Positions 31,174 through 45,209 are shown, numbered from the stretch's first letter. The stretch: DNA of 64,000 nucleotides from an uncultured Gemmatimonadales bacterium (GCA_963823035.1 CAWGKG010000012.1:320001-384000), one strand, 5' to 3'. Notes: generated by a model not told the origin, from the letters alone. Numbers and translations: made by a program.

Positions 31174-32513
31174 CCGTACAGCCCGGCGCGCCGGTAGCTC
31201 TCGTCGAGCAGCTCGACCGGATGCACCACGCCCTCGCCCGATCCGGCCAGGCGGAGCCCCGCGCCGATCTGCATCATGCATCCGGGATTGGGCGTGGCGA
31301 CGACGGTCGCGCCCGCCGCCCGCACGGCGGCGACCTTGTCCCCACCGATCCTCCCGCCCAACTCGGGGTGCGTCAGCCCGTAGATCCCTGCGCCCCCGCA
31401 GCATTCCGAGGCGTTCTCCACCACGCGCACCTTCGCGCCGGGCACGGCGGCGAGCACCTCGAGCGGCGCGGTCCGGACGCGCTGTGCGTGCAGGAGGTGG
31501 CAGGGATGGTCGTACGCGACGGCGCACGGCACCGGCGCCCCCTTCCGGGGGCCGGCCTCCACGAGCACCTCGGAGACGTCGCGCACACGCGCCGCCAGCG
31601 TCGCCGCCCGTTCGGCGTAGTCGGGATCGTCGCCGAGGAGGTCACCGTACTCCTTCATCGTCGCGCCGCACCCGGCCGCGTTGACCACGATCCGCTCAGC
31701 GTCCACGGCCTCGAAGGCATCCACGTTGAGGCGCGCGAGCGCCCGGGCCTCGTCCAGCGCGCCCCCGTGGGCGTGCAGCGCGCCGCAGCACGTCTGGGCC
31801 GGCACCGGCACCACCTCCCATCCATTCGCCGCCAGCACCCGTCGCGGTCGCCTCGTTCACGCGACCGTACAGGCCCTCCTGCACGCACCCCGTGAGGAGG
31901 ACGACGCGCCCGCGACTGCCGGGGACCGGGCCGTCGTCGCCGGGCACCGTGTCCGGGTGCGGCGCGGGGGTGCCGGATCCGGTCCGGAGCCGGCTCCACG
32001 GCGCGGTCGCCGCCAGCATGGCCAGCCCGAGCCGCGCGCTGCCGAGCAGCCCTCGCGAGGGAAGGACGCGGGCGCCGAGGGCCGCGAGACCCGTTCCCCG
32101 TGCGATCCGACCTCCCAGGAAGAACGCGCGGCGAAGCCGGGCGCTCGCGAAGACGCGCAGGAGGAGCCGGTTGAGGAGTCCGCCCTCCCGGTGCCGGGTG
32201 GCCACGTCGCGGGCCAGCTCGAGGAGAGAGCCGTACTCGACGCCGGACGGACAGACGGGCTCGCAGGCGCGGCAGCCCAGGCAGCGGTCGATGTGCGTCT
32301 GGAAGGCGTCCGCTCCCGGGTCGAGCCGGCCTTCCACCACGGCGCGCATGAGGTACAGGCGTCCACGCGGCGAATCCGCCTCGTCGCCGAGCCGGTTGTA
32401 GGTCGGGCAGGCGGGGAGGCAGAAGCCGCAGTGCACGCACGTGAGCAGGCGCTCGCGCTGCCGGTCGAGCGCACGCGTCAGGGAGTCCGCGGCAGCCGTC
32501 GTCGTCGGAACGG

Positions 32514-32517
<4 letters not shown>
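31170..32517 (-). CDS. glcF: Glycolate oxidase Fe-S subunit (frameshift near 31840)
   Basis: CVHCGFCLPACP, CLGCRACEPVCP and two CCG motifs. Confidence 0.9.
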
Positions 32518-34058
<1,541 letters not shown>

Positions 34059-34062
<4 letters not shown>

Positions 34063-35312
34063 GCCCCGAACCGCCCAGGAGCGAGCACACCCTGCGGATC
34101 GAACCGCGTCCTGATCGCCGAGCCGAGCGTGCCGGCGCGGCCGCGATCCCCGTAGGCGCCCACCGCGGAGGCCAGCTCCCGCGGAGCCCGCTCGAGGGTC
34201 ATGCTCCCCCCGATGGTCTCGAGGCGCCGGCGGAGGACGGTGAGTGCGAAGGCGTCCACGCGTCCGGCCTCGACGAGCGCCGCGCGCACGCGTCCAGCCA
34301 TGACGTCCGCCATGATCGCGCACCCCGGTAGCCCCTCCGTCGCCGCGGACAGGACCGCCGCGAGGGACGCCGGGGGGGCGGTGGCGCGGACCACCAGCGT
34401 GCCCGTCGCCGCGTGGTCCGCTGCGTCCGTGAAGAGCGCGGCCGCCCGCTCGCCCTCGCTGAGGGCCGGATCCACCTTCACCCCCGCGAGGATGCGCGCC
34501 CCGTCCGACTCGACGCCGGCCGGCGCACCCTGCAGGCGCACGACCAGGGCGGCCCCGCTCCCCTCCCACGGATCCGGTGCCACCAGGACGGCCGACGCGG
34601 GCACCACGGGGGACATCGCCACGGCCCTCGCGACCGGGAGGAGCTCCGCGGGTCTCGCCGCGCGCACCACGAGGGCGCGCTCCATCTCCGGGCGGGGGAA
34701 GACCCGCACGGTGGCCGACACCACCACGCCCAGCGTGCCGTGGCTGCCCACCACGAGCTTCACGAGATCGAAGCCCGCAACGTTCTTCATCACCCTCCCG
34801 CCCAGGTGCAGCACCCGGCCGTCGCCCGTCACCAGGGTGAGGCCGAGCACGTGGTCGCGCGGCGACCCGTATGCCGAGCCGAGCGGCCCCGCGGCGCCGG
34901 TCGCCACCAGGCCTCCCAGCGTGCGACGCGAGGCGAACGGCGGGTCCACGGGGAGCCACTGCCCCTTCGCGGCCAGCTCCCCGTCGAGGTCGCCCAGGAG
35001 GGTGCCCGCGCCGGCCGTGATCGTCAGATCGGCCGGCTCGTAGTCCTCGATGCCGGTGAGGCGGGCCGTGGAGAGCACCACGAAGGGGCCGGACGGCGGC
35101 TCGCAGCCCGGAGCCGTGCATCCGCCGAGCGGCACGACGCCCACGCCCGCCTGCTCCGCGGCCGCCAGCGCGCCCTTCACCTCGCTGATCGACACGGGGC
35201 TCACGATCCCCTCCGGCGAGGCGCCTCCGAGCGTCCAGGCGGACGAGTCGGTGGGCACCGCCAGCGCCCCTCTCGGGAACGCCGCCTCGAGCGCCGCGGC
35301 AAGCGCGCTCAC
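34059..35312 (-). CDS. glcE: Glycolate oxidase FAD subunit
   Basis: YEPADLTITAGAG, GGRVMKNVAGFDL and FDPQGVLAPGR. Confidence 0.88.
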
Positions 35313-36774
35313 GGGACCGCCGCCCCCTGGGGCGGCGGGGCGGTCACGACGGCCTCCTCCGCGTCGGGGAGCACCTTGCCCGGGTTGAGCAGCCCCGACG
35401 GATCGAAGACGTCCCGCACCGAGCGCATGGCCTCGATCTCGTCCGGACGGTACACGAGGTGCATGTACTTCCGCTTGTCCACGCCGACGCCGTGCTCTCC
35501 GGTGATCGTCCCGCCGGCGGCCACACAGACGGCCATGATCTCGTGGGACGCAGCCTCCACGCGCGCCAGCTCGTCGGCGTTGCGTCGGTCGAAGAGCAGC
35601 TTGGGATGCAGGTTGCCGTCCCCGGCGTGGAAGACGTTCGCCACGCGCAGACCGTGGGCCGCCCCGATCTCGCGGATGCGCGCGAGCACGTCGGGCAGCT
35701 TCGTGCGCGGAACCGTGGCGTCCTGCACGATCAGATCCGGCGCCAGTCGGCCGAAGGCGCCGAATGCCTTCTTCCGCCCCTTCCACAGCGCGTCGCGCTC
35801 CGCGTCGTTGCGGGCACGGCGGACCTCGCGCGCTCCGTGCTCCATGCACAGCGCCTCCGCCCGCGCGGCGTCCGCCTCGAGCGCCGCCTCGGTACCGTCG
35901 AACTCCACCACCAGGGCGGCGCCGGCATCCGTCGGATATCCTGCCGCGAAGACCGAAGCCTCGACGGCCGCGATCGAGGACTGGTCCATGATCTCGAGCG
36001 CCGCGGGGAGCAAGCCGGCACCGACCACCGCGGTGACCGCACGGCCCGCGTCCTCGAGGGTCTCGAAGATCGCGAGGAGCGTACGCACACCTTCCGGAAG
36101 GGGGAGGAGGCGCACCTCGATCTCGGCGGCCACGCCGAAGCACCCCTCCGAGCCCACGAAGGCGCCGACCAGGTCGTAGGAGGATTCCGGGTCCGTGCCC
36201 GCGCCTCCGAGCTCCACGACCTCGCCGTCGGAGAGCACCACCGTAAGACCCGTGATGTAGCGCGAGGTGACGCCGTACTTGAGGCAGTGTGGGCCACCCG
36301 AGTTCTCGGCGACGTTCCCTCCGATCGTGCACGCCGTCTGTGAGGACGGGTCGGGAGCGTAGTACAGGCCATGTGGACGGGCCGCCTCGCTCAGGCGGGC
36401 GTTGACCACGCCCGGCTGCATGCGCGCGATGCGGTTCTCCGGGTCGATGGAGAGGATGCGCGTCATACGCGCGGTCCCCACGACCACGGCGCCGTCTCCC
36501 GCGAGAGCCCCGCCCGAGAGCCCGGTCCCCGCACCGCGAGGCACGATCGGGATCCCCGCGCGTCGCAGGGCACGCCCATCACCCCGGCCACCTCGGCGGT
36601 GGTGGATGGGAGGACGACGGCGCGCGGCGGCCATCGATACGCCGTCAGCCCGTCGGACTCATAGACGAGGAGGCGATCGGGATCCGTGATGACGTGCTCC
36701 GGCCCCACCAGCTCGCCGAGTCGGCGGTGCAGGGAGGCGGGAAGGGTGGGAGGCACGGGGGAAGGCCGTCTCAT
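35309..36774 (-). CDS. glcD: Glycolate oxidase FAD subunit (frameshift near 36570)
   Basis: PRGAGTGLSGG, YAPDPSSQTACTIGGNVAENSGGPHCLKYG, HAGDGNLHP and GEHGVG. Confidence 0.92.
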
Positions 36775-36906
36775 GGCGGGGCGTGGGCGGATCCGGAGGC
36801 ACGCGTCCGGAACACCCCGACGATAGAGCGGCGGCGGCCCCTCAAGCAACCGATCGCGACGGACGCCGAGGGGGCCCGGGTCCGCGAGCGCCGGCTCGGG
36901 CGTAGC

Positions 36907-37656
36907 TCAGCCGGCTCGCGCGCGCACGTGATCGAGGAGCGCCTGGAGGCTCATCGCGGCGGCCCCATGCACCTCCGAGGGGAGCCGGTCTCCGTAGACC
37001 GCGAGCACGAGCTCTTCCGCCGTGGCGTCGGGGCGCTCCACCAGGGCCGCCTCGACCTGCGCGATGCGGTCCAGCCGGTGGCGCTCGTAGCGGTCCAGCG
37101 CGGCCCGCACGTCTTCCACGGGCGGCCCGTGCGCGGGGTACAGCACGACCGGCGCCAGCGACCGAACGCGCCGAAGCGAGGCCAGGTAGTCCGCCACGCA
37201 CCCCGGGTATTCGCCGACCCAGGTGGTGTCGCCCTCGCCAAGCATGAGGTCGCCCACGAAGAGGGCGTCGCGTTCCCGCCAGTGGAAGCTCAGGTGGTCG
37301 GCCGTATGACCCGGCGTGTGGACGGCCACGAGCGTCCCGGCGTCGGTCACGATCTCGTCGCCGTCCGCGAGGGGAACCGTGACCCCATCCACGGTCGCCG
37401 GGCCCAGCAGGCGCGCGCCGAGCGCGTGCGCCACGGACCGCGCGCAACCGGCGTGGTCGGCGTGGCCGTGCGTCACGACGACGCGCACTGCGTCCGCGTC
37501 GCCCACCCAGGCGACGAGAGCCCGGACGTGATCCGCCACGTCCGGGCCCGGGTCGAGGAGCACCGCCTCGCGCACTCCCACACGGTACGTGCGGGTTCCG
37601 TCGAGCGTGAAGGGGCCGGCGTTGCCGGCGCTCAGGTACGGTGGGTGTTCGCCCAC
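36907..37656 (-). CDS. MBL-fold metallo-hydrolase
   Basis: THGHADH, TPGHTADH, GD and PAHG. Confidence 0.9.
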   Translation of the reverse strand: MGEHPPYLSAGNAGPFTLDGTRTYRVGVREAVLLDPGPDVADHVRALVAWVGDADAVRVVVTHGHADHAGCARSVAHALGARLLGPATVDGVTVPLADGDEIVTDAGTLVAVHTPGHTADHLSFHWRERDALFVGDLMLGEGDTTWVGEYPGCVADYLASLRRVRSLAPVVLYPAHGPPVEDVRAALDRYERHRLDRIAQVEAALVERPDATAEELVLAVYGDRLPSEVHGAAAMSLQALLDHVRARAG

Positions 37657-37672
37657 CGGGGGCGACTCCCCC

Positions 37673-38143
37673 TCAGCGACGCTCGGCGGCGAGTTGCTCG
37701 GCGAGCTTGTCGGCTACGCCCTGCAGCCCGAGCTCGTCCTCCTCCGTGAAGACGGCCGCGTCCTCGGAGTCGATGTCGATCTGACCGAAGATCTCGTCGC
37801 CCGCACGGATCAGCACGACGATCTCCGACTGCACATCGGGCGAGCAGGCGAGGTAGTTCTCCTCCTTGCTCACGTCCGGGACGTTGAGGTTCGACTTCTC
37901 GGCCACCGCGCGGCCGCAGATGCCCGTCCCCACCGGGATCTTCGCGTGCTCCGTGGGCGAGCCCACGTAGTTGTGCAGCCAGAGCTCGGCCGCCTCCGTG
38001 TTGAGGAGGTAGACGCCCGTCCAGTTGTAGCGGTCGTCGGACGACGCGATGGTCCGCACCGCGTAGCGCAGGAGCGCGTCGGACAGATGTCCCTCGTCGC
38101 GCATCGTCTGCAGGTCCTTCACCAGCTTTCCACCTTCCAGCAT
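37673..38143 (-). CDS. GAF-domain protein, fRMsr/MsrC-like
   Basis: NWTGVY, GICG, YLACS, SEIVV and IDIDS. Confidence 0.8.
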   Translation of the reverse strand: MLEGGKLVKDLQTMRDEGHLSDALLRYAVRTIASSDDRYNWTGVYLLNTEAAELWLHNYVGSPTEHAKIPVGTGICGRAVAEKSNLNVPDVSKEENYLACSPDVQSEIVVLIRAGDEIFGQIDIDSEDAAVFTEEDELGLQGVADKLAEQLAAERR

Positions 38144-38300
38144 GCTTTCCGAATCCCTCAGGCGGTTCCACCCGCGCCGGCGAGGCCCCGTGCGAGCTTC
38201 CTGCGACCTTCGATCCCGAGCGCCTCTCCGAGTGAGAGGACGAGCCACGGCCCTCGGACCAAGCCTTAAAGGCTAGAGAAGGGCCCGCAGGGCGTCAATC

Positions 38301-39368
38301 TCAGCGAGGCGTGAAGTCCGTGTCGGGCCCCAGCCGCCGGATGAACGCCGCGATCAGCCGCGCCGTGTTCCGCAGGTCACCCACGCTGACCAACTCGTTC
38401 GGAGAGTGCATGTAGCGGTTCGGCACCGAGACGAGACCGGTGGGCACGCCCGCGCGCGTCAGGTAGATCGCGTCGGCGTCCGTGCGCGTCGAGCGCGGCG
38501 AAGCCTGGATGGTGTGCGGGATCTCCTCCTCCTCCGCGGCACGCACCAGCGCCTCGAACACCTCGTTGTGCGACGCCGAGCCGCGGCTCAGCACCGGTCC
38601 GCCGCCGATCTCGTGCTCTCCCAGCTCCTTCTTTTCGATGTCGGGGACATCCGTGCTGAAGGTGACGTCCACCGCGATGGCCACGTCGGGCTCGAGCGAG
38701 AACGCGCTCGTGCGCGCCCCGCCGCCCGAGTAGCCGATCTCCTCCTGGACGGTCGCGACCGCGGTGACCGAAGCCGCCGGCGGATCCCCGGCCAGGAGGC
38801 GCAAGGACTCGAGGACGACGTAGGCGCCGATGCGGTTGTCGATCGCCCGGCTGACGATCCGGTCGCCGGCGAGGTGGACCATCTTCTGCGCCAGCACGGC
38901 CGGGTCACCGACACGGATCCCCAGCTCCGTCACTTCCTCGCGGGAGGCGGCACCCACGTCCACCCAGAGGTTCTTGGTCTTCGACGCCTTCCCCCGATCC
39001 TCCTGAGTGATCAGGTGGATGGGCTTCTTCCCGATCACTCCCGGCACGTCTCCCGCGCGCCCGAGGATCGTCACGCGCTGCCCCACCAGCACCTGCGGAT
39101 CCCACCCCCCGATCTCGTCGACGTACAGAAAGCCCTTCTCGTCCACCCAGGTGACCTGCAGCCCGATCTCGTCGATGTGACCGGCGAGCATCACGCGCGG
39201 CCGGCCCTCCGCGTTCAGGGTGGCGAAGGAGTTGCCGCTGACATCGACGCGCACGTCGTGCAGGAAGGTGCCGGCCTCCTCACGCCACACGCGCGCCGGG
39301 CGCACTTCGAAGCCGGACGGTCCGGCGGCGTCGAGAAGCCTCTCGAGGAAGGAGATGTCTTGGGCCAT
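38301..39368 (-). CDS. M42-family metallopeptidase
   Basis: AGHIDEIG, DNRIG, QEEIG, VDVT and RYMHSPNE. Confidence 0.92.
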   Translation of the reverse strand: MAQDISFLERLLDAAGPSGFEVRPARVWREEAGTFLHDVRVDVSGNSFATLNAEGRPRVMLAGHIDEIGLQVTWVDEKGFLYVDEIGGWDPQVLVGQRVTILGRAGDVPGVIGKKPIHLITQEDRGKASKTKNLWVDVGAASREEVTELGIRVGDPAVLAQKMVHLAGDRIVSRAIDNRIGAYVVLESLRLLAGDPPAASVTAVATVQEEIGYSGGGARTSAFSLEPDVAIAVDVTFSTDVPDIEKKELGEHEIGGGPVLSRGSASHNEVFEALVRAAEEEEIPHTIQASPRSTRTDADAIYLTRAGVPTGLVSVPNRYMHSPNELVSVGDLRNTARLIAAFIRRLGPDTDFTPR

Positions 39369-39461
39369 GGAGCTGTGGAGAAGGTCCGGAATCGGACGTG
39401 GGGAGAGGGCGAAACAAGCTAGGTCCCACCCGGTCCGATGATCCAGAGGCGGGCGCGGCCT

Positions 39462-39992
39462 CTACAGCCCGGGATCGTCCTCGCGGGGCGGCACGCGGAT
39501 CTCCTTCTCGGGATCGAGGCCCGCCCCGGGACCCCCGGCGCGTCCGCCGCTCCCTCCGGGACGCTCGCCGAACGGCATGCCGAACCCTCCCGGCCCCATG
39601 ACCGTGAAGCGGAGCGTCCCGGCCTGGAGGTTTCGCTCCAGGGAGGCGCGCGCGCGCGCCTGGATCCACCTGCGCGTCGGGGGGAAGAGGAGCGCGAAGC
39701 CCGTCAGATCCGTGAGGATCCCGGGCGTGAGGAGGAACGCGCCGCCGATCAGGACGGAGATCCCGTCCTGGAGCGCCTGGCCGGGAAGCCGTCCCTGCGC
39801 CAGCTCCTTCTGGAACCGCCAGAAGACGCGCATCCCCTCGGCCCGGGCGAGCGCCGCGCCGGTCACGCCGGTCACCACCACCAGGGCGAGCGTGGGCAGG
39901 AGGCCGACCCATTCCCCGATGCGGATCAGGAGCATGAGCTCCGCGATCGGCACGAGGACGAAGAGGATGGCGAGGCGCGACAGGAAGGACAT
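39462..39992 (-). CDS. fxsA: FxsA-family membrane protein
   Basis: VPIAELMLLI and GGAFLLTPGILTD. Confidence 0.88.
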   Translation of the reverse strand: MSFLSRLAILFVLVPIAELMLLIRIGEWVGLLPTLALVVVTGVTGAALARAEGMRVFWRFQKELAQGRLPGQALQDGISVLIGGAFLLTPGILTDLTGFALLFPPTRRWIQARARASLERNLQAGTLRFTVMGPGGFGMPFGERPGGSGGRAGGPGAGLDPEKEIRVPPREDDPGL

Positions 39993-40111
39993 GGGCTCCT
40001 CTACCCGCGAGCGTCGGGCCGGGGTCCGGCCGGCCCGGGGGAGGACCCCTGGCCCCCTCAGGGGGTAGCTTTCGGCTTCGCGTGAACCGCCATCGAGACG
40101 GACCGGTTTCC

Positions 40112-41358
40112 ATGGAGCAGACGTACTTCCGCAAGGGCTTCGGGCTCAAGAAGGAGCTCAAGCCGCTCATCGACGCAGAGTACCACTCGGCGCTGGTGGA
40201 GCGGATCCGCGCCCGCGGCTACACCGACACCTTCGGCGACGTCACGGTCCGCCTCGCCCAGGAGTTCGGGTTCTGCTACGGCGTCGACCGTGCGGTCGAC
40301 TACGCGTACGAGACCGTGCACAAGTTCCCCGAGCGCGTGATCTGGCTGGTGGGCGAGATCATCCACAACCCGCACGTCAACCAGCGCATGACGGACATGG
40401 GGATCCGGTTCATCTACCCGGATCCCGTGGGCCGCTTCGACTTCTCGCCCGTGACCGCGGATGACGTGGTCATCCTCCCCGCCTTCGGCGTCACCACGCA
40501 CGACTTCGAGACGCTGAAGGGCGTGGGCTGCATCCTCGTGGACACGACCTGCGGGTCGGTGCTGCACGTGTGGAAGCGCGTGGAGGGCTACGCGCGCGAC
40601 GGATTCACCTCGATCATCCACGGCAAGTACTCCCACGAGGAGTCGAGGGCCACGGCCTCCCAGGCGTCCAAGTACAACCACGGGAAGTACATCGTGGTGC
40701 GGGACATGGCGGAGGCGATGGTGGTGTGTGACTACATCGCCGGGCGCCCGGGCCAGCTGGATCGCGAGGCGTTCGTGGAGCACTTCGCCCACAAGTCGAC
40801 GCCCGGCTTCGATCCGGACACCGACCTGGGGAAGGTGGGCGTCGCGAACCAGACGACCATGCTCGCGAGCGAGTCGATCGCGATCGGGATGAAGGTCCAC
40901 GAGGCGATGGTCGAACGGTACGGCCTGGACGACATCAAGGAGCACTACCGGTCGTTCGGCACGATCTGCTCGGCCACACAGGAGCGGCAGGACGCGGTCG
41001 CCGAGATGATGGACCAGCCCCCGGACATCATGATCGTGATCGGCGGCTACAACTCCTCGAACACGAACCACCTCGCGCACCTGTGCCGCCAGCACACCCG
41101 CACCTTCCACATCGAGGACGCGTCCTGCATCGACGTGGAGAACGGGCCATATCCGCCACAAGCCGGTGCTGGATCCCGTCGGCGCCGGAGGTGTCCGACG
41201 AGCGCTGGCTGCCCGAGGGACCGTTCCAGCTCGGCATCACGGCCGGCGCGTCGACGCCGAACAACAAGATCGGTGAGGCCGTGACGCGGATCCTGGGAAT
41301 CCGCGGGATCGAGGTCGATCTCGGCGTCGCGGAGGAAGAGGAGACGCAGCCGGCCTGA
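40112..41358 (+). CDS. ispH: 4-hydroxy-3-methylbut-2-enyl diphosphate reductase (frameshift near 41150)
   Basis: FGFCYGVDRA, IIHNPHV, DTTC, TICSATQERQ, SSNT and GITAGASTP. Confidence 0.95.
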
Positions 41359-41362
41359 GGCG

Positions 41363-41882
41363 TCAGGCCAGCTCGCTCTCCCGCACGGCACGCCCGAGCT
41401 TCTTGAGGAGGGCGCGCATCTGCTCCTGCTCCTCCCCGTCGAGGTGCGATGTCAGCCGCTCGATGTAGTCGCGGTGGCCCGGGAAGACGTCGGCGATCAG
41501 CGCCTTTCCCTGCTCGGTCAGCTTCGCCTGGATGATCCGTCGATCCTCGCGGGGAGCGCTCCCGGCGGACCAGCCCCTGGTCCTCGAGCCGATCCATCAC
41601 GTAGGTCACGTTCCCCCCGGTCACCAGCAGCTTCTCGGCCAGCTCACCGAGCGACAGCGGCCCGAGGTGGTGCAGCGCCTCCAGGATGCCGAACTGCGGC
41701 GTCGTCAGGCCGTACTCCTGCACCTTGCAGGCGACGGCACGGGAGAAGGTGGAGTAGCAGCGCGCCAGGGCGATCCAGAGCCGCAGCGCCCGCTCCTGCT
41801 CCTCGGGCCACTCCCGCGAGGCGGGCGTGTCCGGATCGAGGCGGCCGTCCGGGGTCGATCCCATGTCGGGTGCGATCGCCAT
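41363..41882 (-). CDS. MarR-family regulator, MhqR-like (frameshift near 41550)
   Basis: GLTTPQFGILEALHHLGPL...LLVTGGNVTYVMDRLE. The start overlaps the lpdA stop. Confidence 0.88.
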
Positions 41883-43298
41883 CAGATGTGGATCGGGCGC
41901 CCGAGGGCCGCCAGCGCTCCTTCCGAGACTCCTTCGGACAGCGTCGGATGCGGATGCATCGCCTTCTCCATCTCCTCGACGGTGGACTCCAGGTGGCGTC
42001 CGATCACGAACTCGGCGATCAGCTCCGTGGCACTCGGACCCACGATGTGTGCCCCCAGGATCTCGGAGTACTGCTTGTCCCGCACGATCTTCACGAACCC
42101 GTCCGCGTGGCCGGCCGCGACCGCGCGGCCGATGGCCACCCACGGCAGCTTGCCGACCTCGATGTCGAAGCCCTGCTCCCGGGCCTGGGCCTCGGTCAGG
42201 CCCACCGAAGCCACCTCGGGGTGGCAGTAGGTGCAGTTGGGGACGTTGCCGTAGTCGACGGTCCCGTGGCCCTGCCCGGCGATGTGCTCGACACAGACGA
42301 TCCCCTCGTGGCTGGCCTTGTGCGCGAGGAGCTGATGGCCCGCCACGTCTCCGATGGCGTAGACGCCCGTCCACGTTCGTACGCAGATGCTCGTCCACGA
42401 TGACGAAGCCGCGCTCGTCGGTCTTCACGCCCGCCGTGTCGAGGCCCAGCCCCTCGGAGTTGGGAACGCGGCCCACGGCGGACAGCACGTAGTCGACCTT
42501 GGTCTCGTGCGCCTCGCCCTTGGCGTCCTTGAACGTGACGTTCACGCCGTCGTCCTGGATGTCCGCCTTCTCGAAGCGCGCCGACGTGTGGATGTCCATG
42601 CCGCGCTTCTTGTAGGCGCGCTCCATGAACTTGGAGACATCTTCGTCCTCGAGCGGGAGGATGCGCTCGAGCGCCTCGACGATGGTGACCTTGGTGCCGT
42701 AGGAGGCGTAGACGTCGGCGAACTCCATCCCGATGGCGCCGGCGCCCACGATCAGGAGCGACCCGGGCGCCTTCTGCTGCATGAGCGCGCCGGTGGAGGA
42801 CCAGATGCGGTCCTCGTCGATCTTCAGGACCGGCAGATCCCGAGGCCTCGACCCCGTCGCGATGATGACGTTCTTCGCCTCGACGGTGCGCTTGGCGCCG
42901 TCGGGACCCTCGACCTCGATCTGACCCTTCCCCTTCAGGCGGCCGAACCCCTCGACGTGCGTGACCTTGTTCTTCTTGAAGAGGTGCGCGATGCCGCGGT
43001 TCATCTGATCGGCCACGGAGCGGCTCCGCTTCTGCGCGGGGCCGAGATCGAAGGAGACCTCCTTGGCGACGATGCCGTGCTTCTCGCCGTCCTTCATCTC
43101 GTTGACCAGGAGCGCGCTCGTGAGCAGCGCCTTGGTGGGGATGCAGCCGATGTTGAGGCAGACGCCACCGAGCTTGTCGACCTCGATGCACGCCACGCTC
43201 AGGCCGAGCTGCGCCGCGCGGATCGCCGCCACGTAGCCACCCGGTCCGCTGCCGATGATCGCAACGTCGAAGCGGTCGCCATTCTCCTTGCCAGCCAC
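41882..43298 (-). CDS. lpdA: Dihydrolipoyl dehydrogenase (frameshift near 42370)
   Basis: GSGPGG, GGVCLNIGCIPTK and HPHPTLSE. Confidence 0.95.
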
Positions 43299-43458
43299 GC
43301 GCTACCTCGCTCTTGGAAGAGGGGCGGACAGCCCCCGGATCATCTTGGAACGTTGAAGAATCAACGAAGTTAGGTCGCCCCGTCGGGACGGTAAACCCCG
43401 CAGAGGGGCGGAAGAGCCGCTTCGCACGTGGCCGTCGAGGCACGTACCTTTCCGCCCC

Positions 43459-44623
43459 ATGACCGTCCGGAACCCGCCGCCCCCCGGCGCCTCGCTACGC
43501 GTGGCCTTCGTGGTCCAGGGTGAGGGCCGAGGGCACATGACGCAGGCGCTGGCGTTGGCGCACATGCTACGCGTGGCGGGGCACCGCGTGGTGAAGGTCT
43601 TCCTGGGACGTAGCCACTTCCGACCCGTTCCGCGCTACTTCGAGGAGGGCGTGCGCGCGCCGGTGAGCACGTTCACGGCGCCGACACTCGTGCCCGGCAC
43701 GGACAGGCGGGCCGTCTCCGTCGCCGCGACCGCCGTGAACAGCACGCTCCGCTTCCCCGCCTACGTGGCTGCCGGCGTGCGCCTGGCCCGCGAGCTCCGC
43801 CCCGAAGACGTCGACGTCGTCGTCAACTTCTACGACCTGGTGGGTGCGCTGTCGCGCGCCGTGCTCGGGGCGCCGGTCCCCTCCGTCACCCTCGCCCACA
43901 ACTATTGGTTCGTGCACAGGGCCGCCGGCATCCCACCCGGCTCGCCGCTGGCGCGCGCGGCCTTCACGATGCTGACGCGGGCCTCGATGCTCCGGTCGGA
44001 CGTGCGCCTCGCGCTCGCCTTCGGTCCCGGTCCCGTGGATGCCGACCTCGAGATGCGCATCGCGCCACCCCTCCTGCGCGGCCTCCCTCCTCGGCGTCAC
44101 CCCCGTTCCGGGCGACTACCTCCTCGCCTACGCGGTCAACCCGGGCTACGCGAACGACCTCGCCACCTGGCACCGCGAGCGGCGCGGGCCCGTGGAGATG
44201 CACTGCTTCGTCGAGGGGGGCGAGCGAGCCCTCCGGGTCGAGGCCGCCGCGGGCTTCCACATGCACGACCTCGACGACGCTGCCTTCGTCGAGCGGATGG
44301 CGGGATGCCGCGCGTACGTGGGATCCGCGGGGTTCGAATCGCTGTGCGAGGCGTTCCACCTGGGCAAGCCGGTGCTCGCCGTTCCCACGGCGGGACAGCC
44401 GGAGCAGGCGCTCAACGCGTGGGACGCCGCCAGGTGTGGCGTGGCTCGTGCAGGGAGCTACGCCGAGCTGGACGACTTCCTCGAAAGACCCTCCGTTCCG
44501 GACCCCGAAGCCGTCCGGTCCTTCCGCACGTGGACGGCGGAAGCGCCCCGACATCACGTGGCGGCGGTTGAAGAGGCGGCGTACAATCCTCGTATCCAGC
44601 GCAACTCCATCGGGAGAAGCTGA
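43459..44623 (+). CDS. GT-B glycosyltransferase (MJ1255/VC2487-like; frameshift near 44090)
   Basis: VQGEGRGHMTQA and AGFESLCEA..GKPVLAVP..QPEQALNA. Confidence 0.85.
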
Positions 44624-44624
44624 C

Positions 44625-45170
44625 ATGTGGGAGCTGTTGGTCGTCCTCGCCGTGGTCGTCGTGGCCGTTGCGATGTACAACTCGCTCGTGAAGCTGCGCG
44701 AACGCGCCGACGGCGCCTGGGCCGACATCGACGTCCAGCTCAAGCGCCGCTACGACCTCGTTCCCAACCTGGTCGAGACCGTGAAGGGCTACGCGAGCCA
44801 CGAGAAGGACACGCTCGAGCGCGTGGTCCAGGCGCGCGAGCGCCGCGATGGGCGCGCACGCGGTCCTGCCGCCAAGGCGCAGGCGGAGGGCGCCCTGACC
44901 GGAGCGCTGAAGTCGCTCTTCGCGCTTTCCGAGGCGTACCCGCAGCTCCAGGCGGCGGGCGGGTTCCGCGACCTGCAGGGCACGCTGTCGCAGATCGAGG
45001 AGCAGATCGCGCAGGCCCGCCGGTACTACAACGCCGTGGTCCGTGACTTCAACACGAAGACACAGACGTTCCCGAATGTCCTGATCGCTCGCGCCTTCGG
45101 CTTCTCGGAGCGCGAGTTCTTCGAGGTCGCCGAATCGGAGAAGGCGGCGCCGCACGTCAAGTTCGACTGA
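44625..45170 (+). CDS. lemA: LemA-family protein
   Basis: AWADIDVQLKRRYDLVPNLVETVKGYA, SEAYPQL and ARRYYN. Confidence 0.92.
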   Translation: MWELLVVLAVVVVAVAMYNSLVKLRERADGAWADIDVQLKRRYDLVPNLVETVKGYASHEKDTLERVVQARERRDGRARGPAAKAQAEGALTGALKSLFALSEAYPQLQAAGGFRDLQGTLSQIEEQIAQARRYYNAVVRDFNTKTQTFPNVLIARAFGFSEREFFEVAESEKAAPHVKFD

Positions 45171-45209
45171 GCCGGGTGAGCGAGGCGGCCACGGTGGATG
45201 CGGCGGTGC

